DNA of 63,341 nt, counting the filler, from Octopus bimaculoides (lineage: Eukaryota): the NCBI RefSeq assembly GCF_001194135.2. It is 6 parts of 3 records of this genome, joined end to end, with 100 filler letters (N's around TTAATTAATTAA, not from the genome) between each part and the next. Parts side by side here need not be neighbours in the genome. Positions count along the whole stretch, not along the records: positions 18,612 to 27,735 come from NC_068985.1; positions 27,836 to 53,149 come from NC_068984.1; 4 more parts are not named here. One strand, 5' to 3'. Of this stretch, positions 25,415 through 37,199 are shown in pieces. The translations under genes were made by a program, and so were the position numbers. Positions within the stretch are counted from its first letter, which is position 1. Every line of letters begins with the position of its first letter. The notes beneath the pieces are model-generated. The model made no database searches. It was not told where the DNA came from and saw nothing but the letters and a program-made list of their open reading frames with translations.

Positions 25415-25799
25415 GTAAGTTACGATTAGTAATTGTATATGAAGTGGAATGGTTAAATCAGGAAGTGGAACCAGATCAAAAAATTGGCTCCCCAGGAACA
25501 TGTTACATTTTCCGATACGTACACCATACAGATGATAAAAATCAAAAACAGACATTAATGTATACAATATTACGTAAGAAAACTAAAAAAAAATACGTCA
25601 ATTCAGAGTTCATAGGTTATTCTCATTTTCTTCTTCAGCAATATCGGAAATAACCGATTAATTAATTTAGCCGTATAATTCCAGGACTTCTTCAATGCGT
25701 TCCAAGGCTTTAAAAAACAAACAAATGAAAAGAATGAATATTAGTAAATCATTAGAGTACTGTTTGGAGAAATGATACATTAAACTGACATTATATTTG

Positions 25800-27400
25800 G
25801 AAAATTATTGTAATGGAAATCATAACTGCTCCTTGTGTTAATACGACAGTTTTGCAGTTTGACATGAAGGAAAAGACAAAAAGAGTACATGCCGCGAGTG
25901 AGAAAAAATATTGGCTTCAAAGCAAAAATGCCAGAAACATAATTTCGGCAATAAACTTGCGCACAGTGGCAGTAGTTCAGTATGGCACTGGAGTCCTGAA
26001 GTAGACAGAGGAGGAGCTAAAGGAGATGGACAGGAAGTGTAGAAAGCTCCTAACGATGTTTACAGCCCATCATCCACTTGCGGACACAGATCGCCTATAC
26101 ATAAAGAGAGCAAATAGAGAAAAAGGACTGATAAGTGTGGAAGACTGTGTGCGTGTCGAACTCGAGAGCTTAATGAAATACCAAGCCCAAAGTAAGGAAA
26201 CCTTGCTAGTCATAGTTAGGAATGAGAGAGTATTGAAAGCAGAGAAAAAAGGAAAAACAAAGGAAGAAGTGCCAACAGGACACGAAGAAGAATTACGCAA
26301 GAAGGGACTACACAATCAATTCCATGCAACAGAAGTTGCTGGAAAAAATAGGTGGGATTGACTGATGAAAGAAACACTAAAAAAAGAGACCGAGAGCACT
26401 ATACTGACAACGCAAGACCAAGCTTTGGCTACGAAACTGGAGGATCGAACTTAGAAATGAGCAAGTGTCTTCGCTGTACTACATTTGCAAAAGAGTGGAT
26501 GAAACCATTGTCCATATCCCGCACGAATGCCCTAGACTTACCCAAAACCACTACAAGTTATGGCGACACGATCAGATAGCGAAAGTGCTACATTGAAAAC
26601 TGTGCGAAAAGTGGGGGCTAGAGAGAGGCAAGATGTGGTATGAACACAAACCGCAGAGTGTGGCGGAGTCGGAGACTAGCAAAATCATCTGGGATTTCCC
26701 AATCCAAACAGATCAGGTGCTAGAGCATAACAACTGATCATGCTGCATATGCGGAACGCATCCAGAGACAATCGATCACATTATTTCTTAATACAGGAGA
26801 CTAGCACCAATAGAATACTTCCAAAGGCATGGCAGGGCAGCTTGTCAATATGCCGCACATACAACCGTCCTCACGAAAATAATTCCGTGGGAATACAAGC
26901 CACCATAAATTGCTCAGAATGCTGCAGTTACCATCTTTTCGAATTTCAGTGTTCAGACTGAGCCGGAAATATTGGCAAACCGACGTGATTGTGAAAAACC
27001 ATATTGAAAGGAATTGCCTTTTGATTGATGTTGCAAGGCCGGTCGACAGAAACACATCTCTGAAAACGTTTAAAAAACTGAGGGAATGTGACATCTCAAA
27101 ACAACAACATTACCTGTTGGGGCACTTGGAATAATATCAAGAGAAGCACAAGTATGTAGACCAAATCACTGGCAGCTCCAAAATAAGCGAATTACAAAAG
27201 ATCATACTTATGGGCTCCTCACATATTCTACGTAAACTCTTCTCCATATAAATGCAATCTTACTCACTATGTGCCTTTCCTTTTCTCCCAGATATCAGTG
27301 TTTTCAACTGCATAGCACCTCATCTGTTAGCATCATTAGACGCAAACCCATGATGTCTGAGTTTGAGACTTTGGTGCAACTAATATAAACTAAAGTAAAA
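25800..27400 (+). mobile_element. R4/Dong-clade (RLE) non-LTR retrotransposon, 5'-truncated and decayed
   Basis: AINLRTVAVVQYGTGVLK; MDRKCRKLLTM..HHPLADTDRLYIKR; CCHC region (CLRC..ETIVHI..C); restriction-like endonuclease text KIIWDFPIQTD, LLIDVARPVD. Ends before a short (TAA)n. Confidence 0.88.
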
Positions 27401-27835
27401 TGAAAACATAATAATAATGGTTTCAAATTTTATCACAAAACCAGCAATTTCGGGAGCGGGGATAAGTCGATTACATCGATCCCAGTGCTCTATTGGTACT
27501 TATTTTAGCGATCCCGAAAGAGATGAAAGGCAAAGTCGACGCCGGCGGAATTTGAACTCAGAACGCATTAATGATAATAGATACATTAATAATAATAGTC
27601 CTTTCTACTAAAATTTTTTTCGGGGGGGGAGGGAGTGGATTACATCGATCACAGTGCTCTACTGATACTTATTTTATGGACACTGAAAGAATAAAAGGCT
27701 AAGTCGACCTCGGTGGAATTTGAACTCAGAACATANNNNNNNNNNNNNNNNNNNNNNNNNNNNNNNNNNNNNNNNNNNNTTAATTAATTAANNNNNNNNN
27801 NNNNNNNNNNNNNNNNNNNNNNNNNNNNNNNNNNN

Positions 27836-27870
<35 letters not shown>

Positions 27871-28040
27871 GTAAAAATATGTGACACTTATTCGGCAGCC
27901 ATGATAAAACTCCGAGTTTTGGATGCCAGGGTGGGAACCCACGCCAACATCTCTTCAGTTATCCGGCCATATTTTCACAGATAAATTCCTCTATTTACAT
28001 AATATCGAGGTCTCTTTCTTTCTTTTGTTGTCCTTTCTAT

Positions 28041-28076
<36 letters not shown>

Positions 28077-29518
28077 CTTTGTGTTATGCTATATTATATC
28101 ATCTACACACTAACAAGGCAAACTAATAAAGTTGTTTTAGATCATCAGAATAAATTCCTTACAGTATTTGTTACAGTTCTCTGCTCTTTGATTTCAGGTC
28201 TTGCCCAATACCAGTTTTGCCTTTCATCTTCTCAGTCAATAATACTACTACACAATAACTGCTACGACAATGACCTCATAACACTGTTCTGTCATATCTC
28301 TGTCCTCCTGTCAAGAAGCTGTCTTCCCTCATTGATCCATGTGTGCTTGGATGCTATCATTGTTGTTTTTTTTGTGGATGCTATCATTGTTTTTTTTTTA
28401 ACACAATGGCAGCATTGGTCAAACAGATATAATCAAAAACCTCCTTGCCGTGACTCTCCCATCAATTTTCATGAGTGCAGGGAACCTCAGACCACATTTT
28501 TCCAATGTGCCTTCAACATTATTAGTGTGAATTAGAGATTTTTGCAAGTAGTTCTTGCAGGTCCAGCAACTTCAGAGTGGGTAACTTCTCTGGCTTATCA
28601 TCATATATGTATATATGTAACATCATTCACTGTTGTGGTCTGTATGTGAAACCTATGATAATATGAAGTCATCTAGTATATATATATATATATATATATA
28701 ATTTACATAATAGGGTAAAAATTTGATATTAATTAATATCAATTTAATAGCAGGAAACCAGCACGTTAAAAGAATCAGAAGGTTCAGAATAAATTTTCTG
28801 AGATCCTAAAAGGATTATAGTACTTGTGTATATAAAAGAGTCCACTAAAGTGGACAGTTAATGTGCTAGAAAAAGATCACTTAAAAAATTCTCAAAGAAA
28901 GTGTCAGCGGACCCTCTTTTATATATATATATACTTTCTAATTTATTGATTTTTTTAGTTTAAAGTTTGTGGTTCGAGACAGGACTGATATTCTCTGCAA
29001 TGGATTTAACATAGTCTTTGTATAACATTGTTGTTGTTGTTGCATTGTATTGAACAAATATGATATCTGTGGCTGTTTCAAGTATTCATACATTATTCAG
29101 TGTTCTTGACTGTATATTCTATGTAATTGCTATAGAACTGACAAGCTCTACTCCTAGTATTTTGTCTCCTCTTTGTGCATGCATGCATTACTGTATCTTG
29201 TTCATTCATTCATTTAACATTTGTTTCTCCGTGTTAGTATGGCTTGAACAGGAAATTATTTTGAGACAGGCTTTTACAGCTGGATGCTCTTCCTGTCACC
29301 AACCCTTACCTGATTTTTGGGTAAACATTTTCTTATCATTGAACTGCCTTCAAAAGAGCAGAACGACCAGTCATAATATCAATATTAGAACTGCTTCAAG
29401 CAAATGGTGATAAATGCAATGAACATTTATGCATGTATGCTTACACACAGGCACACATGCATACACACACACACATACATACATAAACACAGACACACAT
29501 GCACACATTCACACATAC

Positions 29519-29561
<43 letters not shown>

Positions 29562-30339
29562 NNNNNNNNNNNNNNNNNNNNNNNNNNNNNNNNNNNNNNN
29601 NNNNNNNNNNNNNNNNNNNNNNNNNNNNNNNNNNNNNNNNNNNNNNNNNNNNNNNNNNNNNNNNNNNNNNNNNNNNNNNNNNNNNNNNNNNNNNNNNNNN
29701 NNNNNNNNNNNNNNNNNNNNNNNNNNNNNNNNNNNNNNNNNNNNNNNNNNNNNNNNNNNNNNNNNNNNNNNNNNNNNNNNNNNNNNNNNNNNNNNNNNNN
29801 NNNNNNNNNNNNNNNNNNNNNNNNNNNNNNNNNNNNNNNNNNNNNNNNNNNNNNNNATATATATATATATATATAATATTAATATAGGGTAAGAAAAATT
29901 GTAGAAATTTTTTTCTACCAGTGGCCTATCATGTACATACAGTCAATAGACATATTTTTCATATAAAATTAGTGTACATTTAAATACAAAAAGAGGTGAG
30001 CCTTAACAGGTCGCCTTACATATGAGAAGGAACAGTCAAAAAGTCCAAACCACAATGAAGAGCAAATTTCAAAGGGAATAAAAAATAAAAACCACAGTTA
30101 ACAGCAAATTTCAAAGGGAATAAAAAATAAAAACATTTACCATGTTTTACTGCCAGACCTTAGGTTTCAAACTTTAATTAGCAAATAAGATAATTTGCAA
30201 GGTGAAGTTATCATCAGCGGGTACACCAAACATTAACATATAAATTAGAGACAAAATAACACGTCTCGTCCTTACGTATTATAATTTTTCAAATCCACCG
30301 TGTAAGCGCAGTTTCAGTCGTCAGATCTTGTCTTAAAGT

Positions 30340-31130
30340 TTTCACTTTATTTTGTAGTCTCCTTTTCCACATTTGCTCTTTTTAATCTTTCCCTGTGAGA
30401 TATCTAATCTTCTAGTGACTACTAACCCTCCTGCATAGATCAATAAGTTAGTATCTTCTATATTTTTAGTATCTATCCTCCTGACAACAGAATCTATTTT
30501 CCTAGTCATTTCTAGCAGCTTCTTTCTGTTGGTACCTTTTAATGCTGGCAATCTTTTTCTTACTTCTTTACTCATTACTTCCAACAATTCATCTAAAATC
30601 CACTTAAGTCGTTGGTACCAGTTGTCCCTTCCTTATTGGTAGCACTATTATTATTTTTATCTTTAGGTTCTGTGGTTTGAGCTGTCTCTCTTATGTTGTT
30701 GTTTGTCTTTCCTACTGCCTGGTCTTTCTTTTCCAGTTCTTTTGTGATCTCTTCTACCTCCACTTTCTTCTCCTAATTGCATTAGCTTGATCTACTAATC
30801 CCTGCTCAGTCACTTTAACCATACCCTTCTATACCTAAAGTGTTAACATCCATTTTCTATAGCCCCTTCTTTTAGGTTCACTTTCTAAGTATCTCTGCAT
30901 CACTATCTTGTTTTCTTCACTGGTCTACTTCCTTCTCCTTACTCTATTATCTGCTGATGCTGCATTAGGATAACAACTATGGTCAGCCTGCACCTTTACT
31001 GCACCACTGCCAAGTAAGAGGCCTTCCCTTAAATTTTCACTGTTACATTTTCACTGCTTCATTTTCACTGTTACAACCAGAGTTTTTTCAAGAACTCCTG
31101 TCTCTCATAAACCAAGGTAGGGTAATGTTC
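30340..31130 (-). mobile_element. R4/Dong-clade LINE, N-terminal ORF fragment
   Basis: ORF 30342-30587 RLPALK..IDTKNIEDTNLLIYAGGLVVTRRL is typical pre-RT text of this clade. Confidence 0.65.
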
Positions 31131-31319
31131 ATCACCATTGTCATCATCATTATTATATTTCAACATCTGATAGTTTCAAGCAACTTTCTATTGCATCATT
31201 TATTACACCTTTGTGCTGCATTTTTTCTTGTTGGGGGTGGAATATTGTATTGTATCAGTATGTTTTGTTATGGGGTTTAGTTTGAGTCTTCTGTTGTATA
31301 ATTTTTTGTATTGTATGTT

Positions 31320-33305
31320 GTTTTATTATTGTTTTTATTATTGTCCAGTAGTCTTATTTTTATCACATGCTTTCACTGCACTACTGAGCACAGCTCTGTG
31401 TTCCTTGGCTGTGTGCTGCGGTTTGTTGTGGTGCTCTTATTTTCACTGTATTGAAAGTGTTTTACGTAGGATGTGTGCAGTGCCTAGTAGTACTATTTTT
31501 TGTATGCTATATATACTTGTAAGTTCTAGAGTTTTCATTATGCATTTCACTGAATGTTTTTTTTTTTTTCATCATACCTAATGTGCCTACTATAATAGGA
31601 ATTGTTTCTGTTTTTAGGCTCCACATTTGTGTTACCTTTATTTCAAATCTTTGTATTTTGAAAGTTTCTCTGTTAGAGAAATGTTGTCATCTGTTGGTAT
31701 TGATACATTGATTAGAAAGCATTTCTTTTCTTGGTGATCTCTGACAACTATATCTTGCATGTTAGCCTTGATTTCTCTATCTGTGTGTATTGTGACTTTC
31801 TCATTTTCTGTGACTTTTTCTGAAGTGTGCCTCAACCATCTTTTTTCTGTTGTTATTCCAGAGTGTTGGCATTGCTTCCAATGTACATAGGTTCCAACTC
31901 TGTTGTATTTGTGAATATATTCCTTCTTAGCCAGGACTGCGCAACCAGAGACAATATCATTTATTGCTTCTTCTCCATCACCACATATTTTGTAGTTACT
32001 TGTTGTATTTCTCTTCATTATGTATTTTTGGTGATTTCTGGTGGGAAGGCTTTGTTCTTGTGCTGCAATTAAAATTCCTTCAGTCTCTGCTTTGAGTCCT
32101 GAGCTTCTCAGCCATTTTGAGGATTTTGCTTTGTCTATTTCTTTTGCATTTAGTTTAACCCAGTATTTGCCATGAAGGGGCTTTTCTTGCCATTGTTTTA
32201 TCATGATTCATTACTGTTCCAGTTTCAGTTGTTTTACAGCTTTTGTTGTTTCTTCTTTTTTTTCATAGCTGTTAGATACTATGATTTCTTTTTTGTACTT
32301 GTCAGTTTCCTTAAAGACAGAAAACAGTTTTTTGTTTTGTTCATGTTTTGTGGCTATTTGTATCAGATTTCCTTGCCCCTGAAGTAGGTATTTCTGTAAT
32401 CTTATGGTGGCTATTTTGTAATAGTTTTCTAGCTGTATAAGGCCTCTACCACCTTCAATATGTTGTATGTATAACCTTTCCATGTCAGGTTTTGGCTGGT
32501 GCATCCTGAATCCTGTCATTATTTTTCTTGTTTTCCTGCCTATTTTGATTAGTTCATTTAAAGTCCAGTTAAGAACATAACTGGGGTTGCTAGAGTGTTG
32601 ATACCTATTATCTTGTTTTCGCATTGAGCTGTTTTCAGTATTAATCTAACTTGTCTATAGTATTACTTTCTTATCTTCTCTTTCATTTGTGAGTGTTGTA
32701 TCATATCTAGTTCATTGATTCCTTAGTATTTGTATGTCTGTTTTTGGTCTAATTCTCTCATTTCGTTTGCTTTATCTAGTGTGATGTTGTTAGTCTTAAA
32801 TAGTTTTTCTCTTTTCAAGGTTGCTTTGGCACATTTTTCTAAGCCAAATTTCATGTTTATTTCTTTGGTAGATCCATGTACTGTCTGTAGTAATATTTCC
32901 AGCTGTTTATCATTTGCAGCGTACAGTTTTAGACCATCCATATATAAGAGATGGCTGATTGTTTTGCCATAACAGTTGTATCCACATCCAGTTCTGTTTA
33001 GCATGTCATATAAAGGTGTCAGTGCCAAGCAGAAAAGGAATGGTGAGAGCGTGTCTCTCTGGAATATTCCTTTTCTAATGGGGATGGCTTCGGTTTTTAT
33101 GAGTCCCTCTTTTTGTCTGGAGCTGTAGCATTGTTTGCCACTTATTCATAGAATGCTTTATATATTTTATGATTATGGGTGCTACCTTGTTCATGGCTTG
33201 TGATCCATGTGTGGGCAATACTATCAAAAGCCTTTCAATAATCAATCTAACTTATACTTAGGCCCTTCTTTTTTCTATGGCTGTCTTCAGTTATGGCTTT
33301 ATTGA
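31320..33305 (-). mobile_element. R4/Dong-clade LINE (RT to RLE endonuclease plus 3' UTR), decayed
   Basis: ISHLLYMDGLKLYA (RT YMDD), MKFGLEKCA, HQPKPDMERLY..GGRGLIQLE, EKPLHGKY, AETEGILIAAQEQSL, CKIC..EAINDIVSGC, FLINVSIP..DNIS..EKLSKYKDL. Confidence 0.92.
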
Positions 33306-33308
33306 TCA

Positions 33309-33352
<44 letters not shown>

Positions 33353-33469
33353 CGCAAGTTTTGTTGGAACTTCTGGAGCCAGCATGCATAGCGGGCTTGC
33401 TGCCTGCAGCCTATAGTACCATGCTATCTTTTCTTTTCAACTGTCTGAATACTTCAGTTCAATATTTAT

Positions 33470-33860
33470 GAAAAATTATGTACATTATTTACATTATTTA
33501 CATTTGACGGATATTTGTCCTCATCTTGTTTGTTGTTAACACAATGTTTCAGCTGATACAGCCTCCAGCCTTCATCAGATGTCTTGGGGAAATTTCGAAC
33601 CTGGGTTCTCATTCCTAAGGTATTTTTCAATGTTGTTATTATTAGTATTATTATTATTAGTCAGGTCATTGCTTGGAATCGAACTCGGAATCTTGGGGTT
33701 AGTAGCCTGCGCTCTTAACCACTATGCCATATGCCCAGGCATATGACGTAGTGGTTAAGAGCGTGGCTACTAACCCCAAGATTCCGAGTTCAATTTCAAG
33801 CAGTGACATGAATGATAATAATAATAATAATAATATTAATATTAATAATAATAATAATAA
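33470..33860. mobile_element. tRNA-headed hammerhead SINE-like element, copy 2, in head-to-head inverted arrangement
   Basis: The minus copy (33470-33730) has a full head: GGCATAGTGG A box, GAGTTCGATTCC B box. A plus-strand copy of the head and (AAT)n follows directly (33735-33862), centred on GCCATATGCCCAGGCATATGAC. Confidence 0.8.
33538..33583 (-). ncRNA. Hammerhead ribozyme motif, decayed copy
   Basis: GACAT CTGATGA A GGCTG GAGGCTGTAT CAGCT GAA ACAT T GTGTT. Cores intact, stems I and II kept with G-U pairs, stem III ACGT changed to ACAT. Confidence 0.6.
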
Positions 33861-33864
33861 TAAT

Positions 33865-34586
33865 GTATCTGTTACTTTCCTGATTATTCTGGCTGTGCCA
33901 AGGAGGCAAACCTTTTGTAATAGTTCTACTGGGCACTCTATTCCAATTTCCTTTATATTTTTTTTGAGGATCCAATAATAATTGGCACCCACTTCCCTTT
34001 CTGCATTTTCCATAGCTGGTCTATTTCGTACTTAAGAGAGTTGTATTTATCTATCTTTTCACCTTCCTTCTTGACTCTTTCTGGGTTAAAGGGGCATGCA
34101 GCATCAACTGTATAGCACATGTGGTGCATCTTGTCCACCACCACTAGGGTTGGTCGGTTAAGCCGCAGCACCTGATCTGTTTGGATTGGGGAATGTCAGA
34201 GGATTTTGCATGTCTCTCACTTCACCACTCTCTGTGGTTTGTGCTCATACTACATCTTGCCTCTCTCTATCCCCCACTTTTCACACAGTTTTGAATGTAG
34301 CACTTTCACTACCTCATCATGTTGCTACAACTTGTAAAGGTTTAGGGTAAGTCTAGGGCATTCATTCATGATATGGACAATGATTTCATCCACTCTATTG
34401 CAGATGCGGTACAGTGGAGACACTTGCTCATTCTTAAATTTAACTCTCCAATTCATTGCCAAAACTTGGTCTTGCACTGCCAGTATAGTGCTCTCAGTCT
34501 ATTTTTTCAGTACTCCTTTCTTCAGCCAATCCCACCTATGTTTTCCAGCAACTTCAGTTGTGACATGGAATTGATTGGGTAGTCCC

Positions 34587-34588
<2 letters not shown>
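33865..34588 (-). mobile_element. R4/Dong-clade LINE 3' fragment
   Basis: LNRPTLVVVDK..VDAACPF..KEGEKIDKYNSLKYEI..WKM..VPIIIG; ELLQKVCLLGTARIIRKV. The 5' junction is at (ATT)n 34589-34630. Confidence 0.88.
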
Positions 34589-34631
<43 letters not shown>

Positions 34632-34634
34632 CTA

Positions 34635-35890
34635 TTGTCTTTGTACAGCTTCTAATGCTGGAGATGTACTATGGTGCCAGCTGTTCATTACCAAGCTAAC
34701 CTATCATGTCTATCGACTTTTCTTTCTTTCTTATCTCATACCTTGTTGTCAGCTAGGCATGCTATATCTATAATCCAGCATCATTTGCTTTCTTTCTCTA
34801 GTAGCACTATGTCTAGTTTTCTATTCACTATCTCATGGTCGCACTGAATCATAAAATCTCATAGGATCTTTGCATTATCATTTTCGATGATGGCTTTGGG
34901 TTTATGTTTGTACCACTGTTTTGCTCTGTAAAGTCCATACTTATTGCAAAGTGTCCAACTGACAATCCTTGCTATATTGTCATGATGTCACTTATATTCT
35001 TTCTGGGCTAGGAGCGTACATTGACTGGTAATATGCGATACGGTTTCACCATTTTGTCCACAAATTCTGCACTTATCATTTTCTGATGTGTTGTCTATTC
35101 TGTATTTGATGTAATTGGTTCTTAATGCTTGCCCTTTGGCAGCACAGATTAGAGCCTCTGTTTCCAGTTTTAAATCACTTTTAGCCATCCATAGCCATCT
35201 TTTTCTCTGTCTGTCTTATCTTCAACATCCATATGAAATTATCCATGCATTCTTTTCTTTATCCACCTATTTTCAGTTTCATTCATTCTCAAGTCCTTGT
35301 ATAGTGCCTTATCTTTGCAATCTTCTATCCTACACAAGCCTGACCNNNNNNNNNNTATCTTTGCAATCTTCTATCCTACACAAGCCTGACCGTCTTACTT
35401 CCAATAATAATGGTTCTGTGGCATTTTTTACATACCATGCTATGTCATTTTCTTCTGCTCTAGTGCTGTGTTTGCATCCAATCAGTCCTCTTACCCCTCT
35501 CTTTTATGGTGCATATAGTCTGTCTGTGTTACTTTTTGGGTGGAGTATCCCATATCTAGTCTGCAACTTCCTTGTCTTTCTGTCTAAGCTGTTTAGCTCA
35601 TCTACTGTCCATGCGATTACCCCTGCTCCATATCTAAGCAGTGAAACTGCCCAGGTGTTGATAGCTTCAATCTTATTCCATCCGTTTAATTTCAACTTAA
35701 CGATCAGTCTCAGTCTGCACAAGTACTCCACTTTAAATGTTTCTGCCTTTTCTTTCTCCATCAATTTATCCATTTCCAATATCCCCAAGTACTTATAGCC
35801 TGTCTCTTCTATCTGCTTCATAACCTTCCCTGATGGTATCGCTAGCCTGTCCATACATTTGATTTTGCCTCTCTTCAAAACTAACACAAC
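34635..35890 (-). mobile_element. R4/Dong-clade LINE, 5'-truncated, flanked by (TAA)n on both sides
   Basis: YKYLGILE..AINTWAVSLLRYGAGVIAW..LDRKTRK..LHPKSNTDRLY; ETEALICAAKGQALRTNY..CRICGQNGETVSHITSQC. Same-orientation (ATT)n tracts at 34589-34630 and 35895-35965. Confidence 0.92.
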
Positions 35891-35893
35891 ATA

Positions 35894-35931
<38 letters not shown>

Positions 35932-36568
35932 GTTATTATAATAATTATTGTTATTATTATTATTATTGTGCAGACATGGCAGGTAGTTAAGAAGTTTGCT
36001 TCTCAAGCACATGCTTTTGGATTCAGTCCCATTACATTTGGAACCTTAGGTATGTGTTATCTGCTATAGCCTCAGGTTGATCAAAGCATTGTGAGTGGAT
36101 CTGGTAAACAGAAACCAAAATATACCTTGGTGTGTGTGCGCGTGCGTGTGTGCATGTGTGTGTGTGTGTGTGTGTGCGTGTGTGTGTGTGTGCGGGGGGG
36201 GGGGTTCAGCCAGAATTTGAGGAACATGTCTATTCCTGCTCTCTTCCAATTACTTCAGTGTCAATGTTAATGAAGAGATAGTGGACCATGTCTGTGGGGC
36301 CATTGTGCTTTTCCTCCCTTTTTATGCTTAGTGCCATTTCATCCATCTTTACGTTCTGACTTCAAATTCCACTGGCGTCAACTTTGCCTTTCATCCATTC
36401 AGGGTTGAGCACTGGGGTCAATGTAATCGACTTCCCACTCCCCTGAACTTGCTGGCCTTGTGCCAAAATATGAAACCATTATTACAGAAATATCTCATTT
36501 CATTTGTTAAACAGAATGTTTATTCTTGCTATAATGTTCTGTTTTATAAGCATTTTCATAACCATATC

Positions 36569-36603
<35 letters not shown>

Positions 36604-37199
36604 CCTTTCTCTTTGTATGTATGTATGCATGCATATGTGTGTGTGCGTGCGTTGTGCATGAATGTATGTCTGCATGTATGTATATATATATATATATTTC
36701 TACATATATGTATGTATGCATATATGTATAGCTGTGCACTAAATAGTTGAGATGGATATGTAGTATGTGTGTGTGTGTGTGTCTGTGTGCAATCACACGT
36801 CTCATGTTTGATAACATGCATGACAAAAATTAACTGTTGAGATAAAACTTCTCTGTTGCATGGAAATTTTTCGACAAACATGCGCGCGCGCACACACACA
36901 CACGTGTACACACAGATCAGATCGTTTAGCAGCCAAGATTGGCAGAGTTCTCTCCCTTTCATCTTCATCTTCAATTTGTTAAACTCTCAGAAATTCTTTC
37001 TCTGAAACAATGAAAACGGAGCAAATTTATTGACAGACGACATATAAATGGTTTAATATCAACATTAATTTGTCTGTAGCCAGTAGTTTCTGAGTTGATG
37101 AAGCCAACTTCTACTGATTGAAAGTGATTTCTTTCTTTTGTTGTTCCTACCACTATCATTTTAATGATTTTTCCTTTTTCATAGAAGTATCACAAGAGA

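Noticed and set aside
30305-30335. CTGACGA-CT-GAAAC on the minus strand, hammerhead-like
   Set aside because: No stem II, and no stem I or III pairing could be built.
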